From a virus (Duplodnaviria; Caudoviricetes): a DNA stretch of 52,088 nucleotides. Below the pieces are notes generated by a model. It did not search any database. It was not told the origin of the DNA and worked only from the letters and a program-made list of their open reading frames with translations. A program made the translations under genes and the position numbers. The stretch spans positions 1 through 52,088 of the IMG/VR virus record IMGVR_UViG_3300003541_000005; one strand, written 5' to 3'. Within the stretch, counting starts at the first letter, position 1, and every line of letters starts with the position of its first letter. This document shows positions 45,437-52,088 of the stretch, piece by piece.

Positions 45437-46224
45437 GTGAATTTTCTCTCGGTTTCCATGCGTCGTAGGGCTGATTCCATTGTTTCGCCGGGGAGCATTG
45501 TCCAGCCGCAGCCCAGGCACCCGCCCTTCCACGAACCGGAGCGCTCGCCGACCTCATTGTCAAAGTTGACGTCGATGCTGTTATCCGTCCACTCCGCAAA
45601 CCGCGTCCAGGTCAGCCATTTGCGGCGGCGGATGTCGCGACGCGCGCTGACTTCGGCGTTTACGGTCTGGACGTCGCCGCCGCGCAGTTCGTAGCGATAG
45701 GGAAATGTCAGACGCTCCCGGCCATCGGGGTCTTTAAGCGGCTCGCCGCGCCAGTCCGTCGTTTTGTCGCCGAAAGCGCCCTTCTCCTCCCAGGAGCCGA
45801 CGAACGGAGCCCAGGAGCCGTCAGGACGGCGCACCTCGGTGCGGACGTGAATCCAGTTGACGAACGGAAGCTCCCAGATGCGACAACGGGCGCCCCAGTG
45901 CGCGTGAATAGCGTTTCCCAGTCCGCTCCCGAAGTGCAGCGTGGCTCCCCAGGAGTCCTGTTCCCCGTAGCGTGGGTATCCGTCTTTATCTAGCGCGACG
46001 GGACGCCTGGGCAGGGGAAGGTGCAAGAATATCGCCAGCGGGAGAATGTTGACGTGAAACATCCATGGATAGCGGTAATCACCCTCAATCCCTGAATTTA
46101 TAAGCTCAAGGCCAAGGCCCCAGTGTCCAAGCGATACCTCAAATATCCCCGGCCATCGTATCATTTTTCTCTCAAAGTACACCTTCCGGCGAATAAACCG
46201 TGGGATTAGACTTTCCATGCGCAT
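45433..46224 (-). CDS. Hypothetical Trp-rich protein between portal and scaffold
   Basis: 263 aa; EVGERSGSWKGG motif; ATGA overlap with scaffold. Confidence 0.65.
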   Translation of the reverse strand: MRMESLIPRFIRRKVYFERKMIRWPGIFEVSLGHWGLGLELINSGIEGDYRYPWMFHVNILPLAIFLHLPLPRRPVALDKDGYPRYGEQDSWGATLHFGSGLGNAIHAHWGARCRIWELPFVNWIHVRTEVRRPDGSWAPFVGSWEEKGAFGDKTTDWRGEPLKDPDGRERLTFPYRYELRGGDVQTVNAEVSARRDIRRRKWLTWTRFAEWTDNSIDVNFDNEVGERSGSWKGGCLGCGWTMLPGETMESALRRMETERKFT

Positions 46225-46248
46225 GTGGGCTCCTGATTTATGCTTATG

Positions 46249-48669
46249 TTAACGCTGCATTGGCGATGGGGCTCCTGCCCCGCCTCCTTGCAATGCCGCC
46301 AAAAGTTGTTGAAGGACTTCGGGCGGGAGATGCTGCAATCCATCGAGCGGGCCGCCGCCTGTAGGGGCGAGCGGTTGCGCGGGCTGGATTGCGGGAAGCC
46401 CTGGGGCCGCGCCAACGCCTGGGGCCTGTCCGCCGCCCGGATGCGGCTGGCCAAGCGTGGGAAGGTCCATGGGGCCGGGCGTCGGTTCAGCGGGATTCGG
46501 CGGCGAGAACGGGGCGGAAATGGGTCCGGCATGGCCGCGCTCGTTCAAATACTGGTCCACCTCCATTGCGATGGCGTCGCGCTTGGCGTGGTTCACCGCC
46601 GTGTCGCCAGCGGCGGCGGCGGCCTGGGCGAGCGCCAGGATGGTCTGGGCCTTCGTCTTGTCGATGTTGGCGCGGTCCACATCGGTCAGCGGCTTGGGCT
46701 GTTCCACGGCGGGCGCCGGGATAATCCCCGCCGCGTGAGCCTTGGCCAGAAGCTCCTGGGCCTTGGCTTGGTCGAGCTGAATTCCCGCCACGGCGCGCTG
46801 GGCGTTGGCCTGCTCCTTGGCCGCCTGGGCGTTCTGGAGAGCTGCGGCGGACTTGATTGCGTCAAGCTGCGCCTGGGCCGACTGCATGGCCATCGGGTCA
46901 GGCTCTTTGTTGATAAGGCCCTTGAACGTCTCCACAAGCTTTGTCGGGAGCGGCGAATATTCGAGAATCGCCACAACGGCCTCCGGCGTCATCATGGCGG
47001 AGAACACCGGAAGCATGTCCATGACCATATTCCAGGTCTCCTGCTTCTGGTTTGGCGAGCTGGGCGCATCATCGATGATTACGTCATATTTGCCCAGGGT
47101 CTTCTCGCGAATCAGCGGAACCATCTCGAATCCGTCTTCGCCGCTAATGCGGATGATGCGCCCGTCAGACAGGTATTCCTGAATGAAGACGAGGCGGACG
47201 CGGCCAACCTGCTTGCGGAACCGGCGCAAGGCGTCGAACAGGCCAGCCAGGATGGTCATGGCTGCCTCTTTGCGCTTCTGCTCCAGGATTCCTGGCTGAT
47301 TGGTGTCCTTCTGGCCAAGCAGCTCAAGGTTAATGCCGGTCACGTCGCGAATCGAGCTGATGGCGAATTCCAACAACTGTTGGTAGGCCGTTGGAATTCC
47401 GGCCCCAGGTTTAGCGGTGATTTTGCCCTTGCTGATAGCGCCGGGAGAAACCCAGGTTATCGAATCCGGCTGCGCATAGGTCTCTTCCGCCTCCCGCTGG
47501 TCAGGGAACGCGTCTTCTTCAGCCAGGACGCCGCCCTTGGCCGTGGTGTTCAGGATGTGAAGGGTCTGGCTCAGCCACTTGTTCGCCCACATCTGCGGGT
47601 CGCGCATCAGGCGGACAAGGCCAAACCAGACGCCGCGATTGCGGTCTTTCTCGCCAGTGATGCAATTGAACGTGAATCGGTCCTCGCACGGGCCTTGACG
47701 GACGCCGCCCAGGATTTCGCCGCCCAGGAACGCCTGCTTGTAGACGCGGCGCGTCATCGGAACGGCCTTGATATTGTCCTTTATGCCCAGGAGCGTCGCC
47801 CGCTTGAGCAGCGTCATGTACTGCGCCTCGGTCATGTCGATAGGGCGCGGCGATTGCGGGTCCGCGACGCGGAAATAGCGCTCGCGCTCCCACCACTGAC
47901 ACTGAACAATGTGGACTTCGGCGTTCCGGTCGAAATCGCCTTGGCCTGGAAGGGTTTCCGTGTTGCGGAACCGCTTTTCCTCGTATGACTTCGTCGGCTC
48001 CGCCTGACCGGCGAACTTCGCCCAGGCGCAGTCCATGTCTACGGCGGTGTAACCGGGAAAGCGCGCCATCGCCTCGGATAGGGCGAACTTGCGGACGCGC
48101 CACATGCGCCGGCTATCCGACAGGTTCTTGGCGCGGGCGTCCTTGTCCCAATACATTTCCATGGGGTCTATGCGTTCTTCCCGGTAGACCCCTTCCGGGT
48201 CTTCTTCAAAATCCAGACGGCACTCTGTCCAACCCATTCCGACGATTACTGCATCTTGGAAAGCTTCTGACTGTTCATCTTCAGCGTCACAGCAATCGCC
48301 CATCCATTTACTTGCCTGATTAAGAAGCTCGTTCGCCTTCACGGCGCCGGGTTGCGTCCCCCTGGGCAAATAGGTGGTCTCATGGCGTCCGTTGATTTCT
48401 ATGCCCGCGATGGACTTGATAATCGAGAGGGCGCGGTTGAAGACGATGGCGGGTCGCCGGTTTTCCTCCAGGACGCGCTTGTCCTCTGGGCTCCACTGCT
48501 CACCGGCGACGAAGTCGTATTCCTCATGGGCGCGCTTGCGCCACTCGGCGGAGTGGTTGGAGTCTTCCTCAAACCAGTGCCGCAGCACGTTGTAGAGCAC
48601 GTCCTCTTCAAGCTTCGACGGCTCCGCTAAGTTCGTCTGGTCAACGGGCTGCGCATTGGTTTCGGCCAT
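46249..48669 (-). CDS. Portal protein, P22-like
   Basis: DFVAGEQW..RRPAIVFNR, GMGW, FGLVRLMRDPQ..NK, TGINLELLG, GKYDVIID..PS motifs; long helical/Pro-rich tail. Confidence 0.92.
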   Translation of the reverse strand: MAETNAQPVDQTNLAEPSKLEEDVLYNVLRHWFEEDSNHSAEWRKRAHEEYDFVAGEQWSPEDKRVLEENRRPAIVFNRALSIIKSIAGIEINGRHETTYLPRGTQPGAVKANELLNQASKWMGDCCDAEDEQSEAFQDAVIVGMGWTECRLDFEEDPEGVYREERIDPMEMYWDKDARAKNLSDSRRMWRVRKFALSEAMARFPGYTAVDMDCAWAKFAGQAEPTKSYEEKRFRNTETLPGQGDFDRNAEVHIVQCQWWERERYFRVADPQSPRPIDMTEAQYMTLLKRATLLGIKDNIKAVPMTRRVYKQAFLGGEILGGVRQGPCEDRFTFNCITGEKDRNRGVWFGLVRLMRDPQMWANKWLSQTLHILNTTAKGGVLAEEDAFPDQREAEETYAQPDSITWVSPGAISKGKITAKPGAGIPTAYQQLLEFAISSIRDVTGINLELLGQKDTNQPGILEQKRKEAAMTILAGLFDALRRFRKQVGRVRLVFIQEYLSDGRIIRISGEDGFEMVPLIREKTLGKYDVIIDDAPSSPNQKQETWNMVMDMLPVFSAMMTPEAVVAILEYSPLPTKLVETFKGLINKEPDPMAMQSAQAQLDAIKSAAALQNAQAAKEQANAQRAVAGIQLDQAKAQELLAKAHAAGIIPAPAVEQPKPLTDVDRANIDKTKAQTILALAQAAAAAGDTAVNHAKRDAIAMEVDQYLNERGHAGPISAPFSPPNPAEPTPGPMDLPTLGQPHPGGGQAPGVGAAPGLPAIQPAQPLAPTGGGPLDGLQHLPPEVLQQLLAALQGGGAGAPSPMQR

Positions 48670-48673
48670 GGGA

Positions 48674-48838
48674 TTACACCTTCTCTTTCGCCTTCTTCGG
48701 CTTGGCTTCCGTCAATGCGGAGGAAATCATCTTCACGAGAGATTCCCTCGCCTTTGGGTGGAGCAGCCCATCAAAATAGTATCTGTTTTCGGCAATCCAT
48801 TGGCTGACTATGCCGTCGGCCTTTTCATCGGGGTTCAT
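48674..48838 (-). CDS. Small hypothetical protein
   Basis: 54 aa, ending 4 nt before the portal start. Confidence 0.45.
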   Translation of the reverse strand: MNPDEKADGIVSQWIAENRYYFDGLLHPKARESLVKMISSALTEAKPKKAKEKV

Positions 48839-49203
48839 TTGCTTAGGGCTCCTGGGCAATCGACCAATGCATGGGACGACGCCACCATACCAACAGTTCG
48901 CGTTTTCAGCATCATACAACACTAACGGCTATAAATGGAAAAGCTCAAGTCTTTACGCGTCGAGTCGAATGTCATTCCGTTTCCGTCCAGGGCGAGCGCT
49001 CCGCCATCGGGAGACGACCTGGATGGCTGTCGCGGCATGGCCGTTGCAATGCTGGCCTCGATTGTGATGTTTTTCGCGGCGTTTGTCTTGTGGCAGGTCT
49101 GTTGATGGTTGATGCGGAACGGCCAAGGGCTGATTATGGCGTCGAACGTGCTCTGTTGGAACCTCCTCTCCTACGTTCGACCTCCTGCTGTTGACAGACT
49201 CGC

Positions 49204-49240
49204 AAGCCCCCTTCCCCTGCACGGAAGGGGGCTTTTCTTT
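49204..49240 (+). terminator. Terminator-like hairpin
   Basis: AAGCCCCCTTCC/GGAAGGGGGCTT plus TTCTTT. Confidence 0.65.
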
Positions 49241-49292
49241 TGCGGCAAGGGTTCTTGCAATTTATGCAAAGTGCTCCCATGTTGGAAACGTT

Positions 49293-49363
49293 GAGCCCCC
49301 TGCTGGCGCGCGCCGTGGCTTCTAATCCAACGGTGGCCGGTTCAATCCCGGCGAGGCTCGCCA
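49293..49363 (+). tRNA. tRNA-like element 7 (Arg-TCT-like loop, degenerate)
   Basis: GAGCCCC/GAGGCTC-G-CCA, GCCGG-TTCAATC-CCGGC, loop CTTCTAA(T); D arm degenerate and anticodon stem bulged. Confidence 0.55.
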
Positions 49364-49524
49364 AGCGAAGGCGCGAAAGCGCGGGGAACGATAGGGCGCC
49401 CCCAGGTAAGCTCAAGTCGCCAATAGCTCAAGCCGCAGGACTGTAACATGTTGTAGATACGCCAGAAGTCCCCCAAAACCTCCGATGACAGCAGCGCTCC
49501 CCAACGCCATCACCGGAGGATGAT

Positions 49525-50010
49525 ATGAAACCGGATTTCCCGAAACTGAAGATTAAAATTAAGTCCCTTGCCTATGAGGCCCAGGCCATCCGCAAGGAAG
49601 AGCGTGCGACCGTCCGCGTCCGCGTCGAAGACGGCATTGCGCCCCCACGCTTTGCAATCAGGCTCAAGAACCCGCGAGGAAGCTCCCTGGGCGACGACCT
49701 CTATTTCCATCGCACCTTGGACGTCCGCAAGGAACAGCGCGCCACGCTCATCGCCTACGGCTTTCTGCGCGGCGTTCCGTATGCGGCCCTTGAGCAGGGC
49801 GGCTATCAGCCCGATGGGGACAGAGAGCAACCGAACTGGGGACGCGTGCGGGAGATGGCCGAGAAATACGGCCCCTACGGCTACACGAAGACGGAGCGGG
49901 CGCAAGCCTGGGCCGACATCGTGGCGTGGCGCGCGGTCCCTGCTTTGCCCAGGGAGAACCTTATCCGCGCCGCCGTCGCCGTCGCGGGGATTGCGGCGCT
50001 CCTGGGCTGA
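49525..50010 (+). CDS. Hypothetical phage protein
   Basis: LKIKIKSLA.EA..IRKEE...HR..DVR.EQRAT.IAYGFLRG.PY motif; SD GGAGG. Confidence 0.75.
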   Translation: MKPDFPKLKIKIKSLAYEAQAIRKEERATVRVRVEDGIAPPRFAIRLKNPRGSSLGDDLYFHRTLDVRKEQRATLIAYGFLRGVPYAALEQGGYQPDGDREQPNWGRVREMAEKYGPYGYTKTERAQAWADIVAWRAVPALPRENLIRAAVAVAGIAALLG

Positions 50011-50139
50011 GCGTCAAATCTTGAAAGATAAAAAAGTGAGGCGGCGTAAGGGATTTCGCCGCCTTTCGCTGTTTTTAGGGCTGTTCAATCAAATGAAAAT
50101 CAAATAGCGCCGCCCCAAAATAAAAATAAAACAAAGGGC

Positions 50140-50168
50140 TTTACATCTGCCTGACGGCCTGCTACATA
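50140..50168 (+). promoter_or_regulatory. Putative early promoter with A-tract UP element
   Basis: A-tracts, then TTTACA-17 nt-TACATA (TG-extended); contains TTTACATCTGCCTG. Confidence 0.55.
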
Positions 50169-50210
50169 AGGGGTGTCACAGCAAACAATCACCGTCGCAC
50201 GGAGAGCGCA

Positions 50211-50642
50211 ATGACTGAAAAATCCCCGTGGCTCCACATTCTGTCCAAGGAAGAACTCGCTGATCACTATGCGCTTATGGCGACATGTGACATGCGTTTC
50301 TCCAACAGTCAGCGTGAATTCTATGAGCGCCAGACGGCTATTCAGCTCCGGGGACATATCAACGCCGCGTGGCACGCGAGCGATAGCTCGACCTTCCAGC
50401 TTGCCCGCAGCTACTTTTTTCACATGACCGGAGAGATACGGCAATGGCGGACTTTGAAGAAGACAATTGGTGGGCGGAAAACGCCCACATCATCACTAAA
50501 AACCCGGAGGGCTACGAGGCCGGAAAGGAAACGTTGTCCTTTCCTAAACTGGCGAAGCGTGGACAGGCATTCTACACTGGACGCGTCCATGAACTTCGCG
50601 GGGAGGGCGCTATCGTCCATGTTCAGAGGCATGAGGTCATAG
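50211..50642 (+). CDS. Hypothetical protein (3' half overlaps next ORF)
   Basis: SD GGAGA; first gene after the promoter. Confidence 0.45.
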   Translation: MTEKSPWLHILSKEELADHYALMATCDMRFSNSQREFYERQTAIQLRGHINAAWHASDSSTFQLARSYFFHMTGEIRQWRTLKKTIGGRKTPTSSLKTRRATRPERKRCPFLNWRSVDRHSTLDASMNFAGRALSSMFRGMRS

Positions 50643-50758
50643 CGCAATTCTATCGATATAGCACGAAGCTCTGCTACGGGTGGCACAAGTTCAACACATC
50701 TGACTTCGATATTCATTATTACGAAGAATGCTGCTTTGGAGAGAGCACGAATGTTTGA
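50444..50758 (+). CDS. Hypothetical protein
   Basis: SD GGAGA; 104 aa. Confidence 0.5.
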   Translation: MADFEEDNWWAENAHIITKNPEGYEAGKETLSFPKLAKRGQAFYTGRVHELRGEGAIVHVQRHEVIAQFYRYSTKLCYGWHKFNTSDFDIHYYEECCFGESTNV

Positions 50759-50972
50759 GGTTATACGCAAGCCGCAACGGGTGATAGTTCTTAAGACAGA
50801 GGCCGACGTTAAGCAGGCCAAGGAAACATTATGGCTTTGCATGACACTCATGGAAAACCATTTCATCGCCATATGCGAGAAGGGCGACGGAAGCGCCATC
50901 AAAGAGGCGTGTGAAGCTCGCTCCATGCTGCAAGACCTCCTGAACGCAACCGGAAACCCTGGGGAAATCTGA
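50751..50972 (+). CDS. Hypothetical protein
   Basis: Start MFEVIRK after GGAGAG. Confidence 0.5.
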   Translation: MFEVIRKPQRVIVLKTEADVKQAKETLWLCMTLMENHFIAICEKGDGSAIKEACEARSMLQDLLNATGNPGEI

Positions 50973-51499
50973 TGACCATCTATGTCACATACAACATGAA
51001 AAACGGCCTTCTATCCGCCGCCCACGAGCTTAGCGCCTCCGTGGCGGGCGTGGACTTCGACGCCATCAAAGGCGACGGAGAGCCCTATCGCCTGTCCGTG
51101 ACGACCGCGACGGACGCGCTGGCCGCCATTATCGTCCGGGTGTCTGAGGAAGTCACGGCGACGCCTGGGGCGCTCCAGAACCCCAACATTTGGAATGAGG
51201 CGCTGGCCGCCATCGAAATCGGAGAACTCATGGACGGGCGTCTGGGAACGCCTGAAGAGGCAAAGACGAGCGTCGGAGACGCCGGGTCTTTCCGTGGCGA
51301 CTACATCGGCGACATTGATGGCCTTGCCGGTCATTCCGCCGACGTCATCGTCACGACGGAGGGGACAGAGGCCAAGTTCACCGGGACGGGAACGGGTTAT
51401 GACAACACATGGACGGAGTTTCCTGACTCGGCGTTCATCCCGTCAGGACGGACGCACCAACAGGAAGACGGCGCGGCGAATATGGGCGGGAGGGATTGA
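50972..51499 (+). CDS. Hypothetical acidic protein
   Basis: TGATG overlap; 175 aa. Confidence 0.6.
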   Translation: MTIYVTYNMKNGLLSAAHELSASVAGVDFDAIKGDGEPYRLSVTTATDALAAIIVRVSEEVTATPGALQNPNIWNEALAAIEIGELMDGRLGTPEEAKTSVGDAGSFRGDYIGDIDGLAGHSADVIVTTEGTEAKFTGTGTGYDNTWTEFPDSAFIPSGRTHQQEDGAANMGGRD

Positions 51500-51849
51500 T
51501 GCGGGCAAAGATTTCTCTGTTCGCCAACATGCAGGAGAACGCGGACAAGTCCGAAACGTGGGAGTTCGGCGCGGTGTTCCTTGGCGTCGAAGTCGCATAC
51601 CGGCGATGGGACGCGCCGGAGGGCGTTACATCCCTTCCCATGGCGCTGATGGTTGAGGTGATTAATGAGGTGCAGGCGAATATCCGCGCCCAGCTCAAGA
51701 GGCCATTCAACATCGTTGAGCTGGGGGACGACTACGTCATTCTGAGCGACGCCAACGCCGTTTCGGATATGGGCCTTGCGGCTCACCCCGCCGTGCTTAC
51801 CGCAATTCAGGCCGCCCGGGCGGCGAGAGCGAAAAGAGAGAACCGCTGA
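51499..51849 (+). CDS. Hypothetical protein
   Basis: TGATG overlap; SD GGGAGGG. Confidence 0.55.
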   Translation: MRAKISLFANMQENADKSETWEFGAVFLGVEVAYRRWDAPEGVTSLPMALMVEVINEVQANIRAQLKRPFNIVELGDDYVILSDANAVSDMGLAAHPAVLTAIQAARAARAKRENR

Positions 51850-51923
51850 TGCGCGTCACAATCGAACTCTGGTCCCGCGTCGAAAAAGGCGCTGCGACTC
51901 CGTACTGGACGGCGGGACAAACA

Positions 51924-52088
51924 CCAGCCCATTCCGACAATTACTGCATCTTGGAACGCTTCTGATTGTTCATCTTCAGCGTCACAGCAATCACCCATCC
52001 ATTTACTTGCCTGATTAAGAAGCTCGTTCGCCTTCACGGCGCCGGGTTGCGTCCCCCTGGGCAAATAGGTGGTTTCGTGGCGTCCGTT
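51924..52088 (-). repeat. Second, diverged copy of portal segment 48229-48393
   Basis: 165 nt, same orientation, 7 substitutions all synonymous in the portal frame; runs off the window edge. Confidence 0.95.

Noticed and set aside
51807-51923. Intein starting at GW|CLS in the second portal copy
   Set aside because: The sequence after Cys lacks intein block A/B features and is simply the antisense of plus-strand genes.
51924-52088. DGR template/variable repeat pair with the portal
   Set aside because: Differences are not adenine-specific, all are synonymous, and no reverse transcriptase is present.

Overview
The window is a large, apparently partial genome of a tailed dsDNA phage with podovirus-like structural genes. 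The host is probably an alphaproteobacterium (Hyphomicrobiales), inferred from a MucR/Ros gene, an ADLG..GSLKD-type outer-membrane beta-barrel and a small secreted Cys protein. Recognisable modules are ejection, tail and head genes with an N4-gp56-type major capsid protein (1-7.5 kb, minus); family A DNA polymerase, resolvase, SF1 helicase, SSB and SNF2 helicase (8.7-30 kb, minus); a primase-helicase with a downstream iteron-like origin, a BRO antirepressor, MucR and dCMP deaminase (30-40 kb, plus); HNH, Rha, endolysin, scaffold and P22-like portal (40-49 kb, minus); and small early-type genes (49-52 kb, plus). No terminase, integrase or clear repressor is visible. The most unusual signals are: (i) a 73-aa protein ending in Gly-Gly with predicted beta-grasp order, translationally coupled to a protein with a Cys-containing, E2-like C-terminal domain, i.e. 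a candidate phage ubiquitin-like conjugation pair; (ii) a ~1.1 kb ORF-poor array of back-to-back structured RNAs plus several smaller arrays; (iii) seven tRNA-like elements that keep the T-arm and acceptor end but have broken anticodon arms; (iv) strong genome-wide enrichment of GCCCAGG/CCTGGGC with depletion of GATC; (v) a head module split by ~37 kb and a second, synonymously diverged portal fragment at the right edge. All protein calls come from motif recognition by eye and all counts are manual; no database search or folding program was run.
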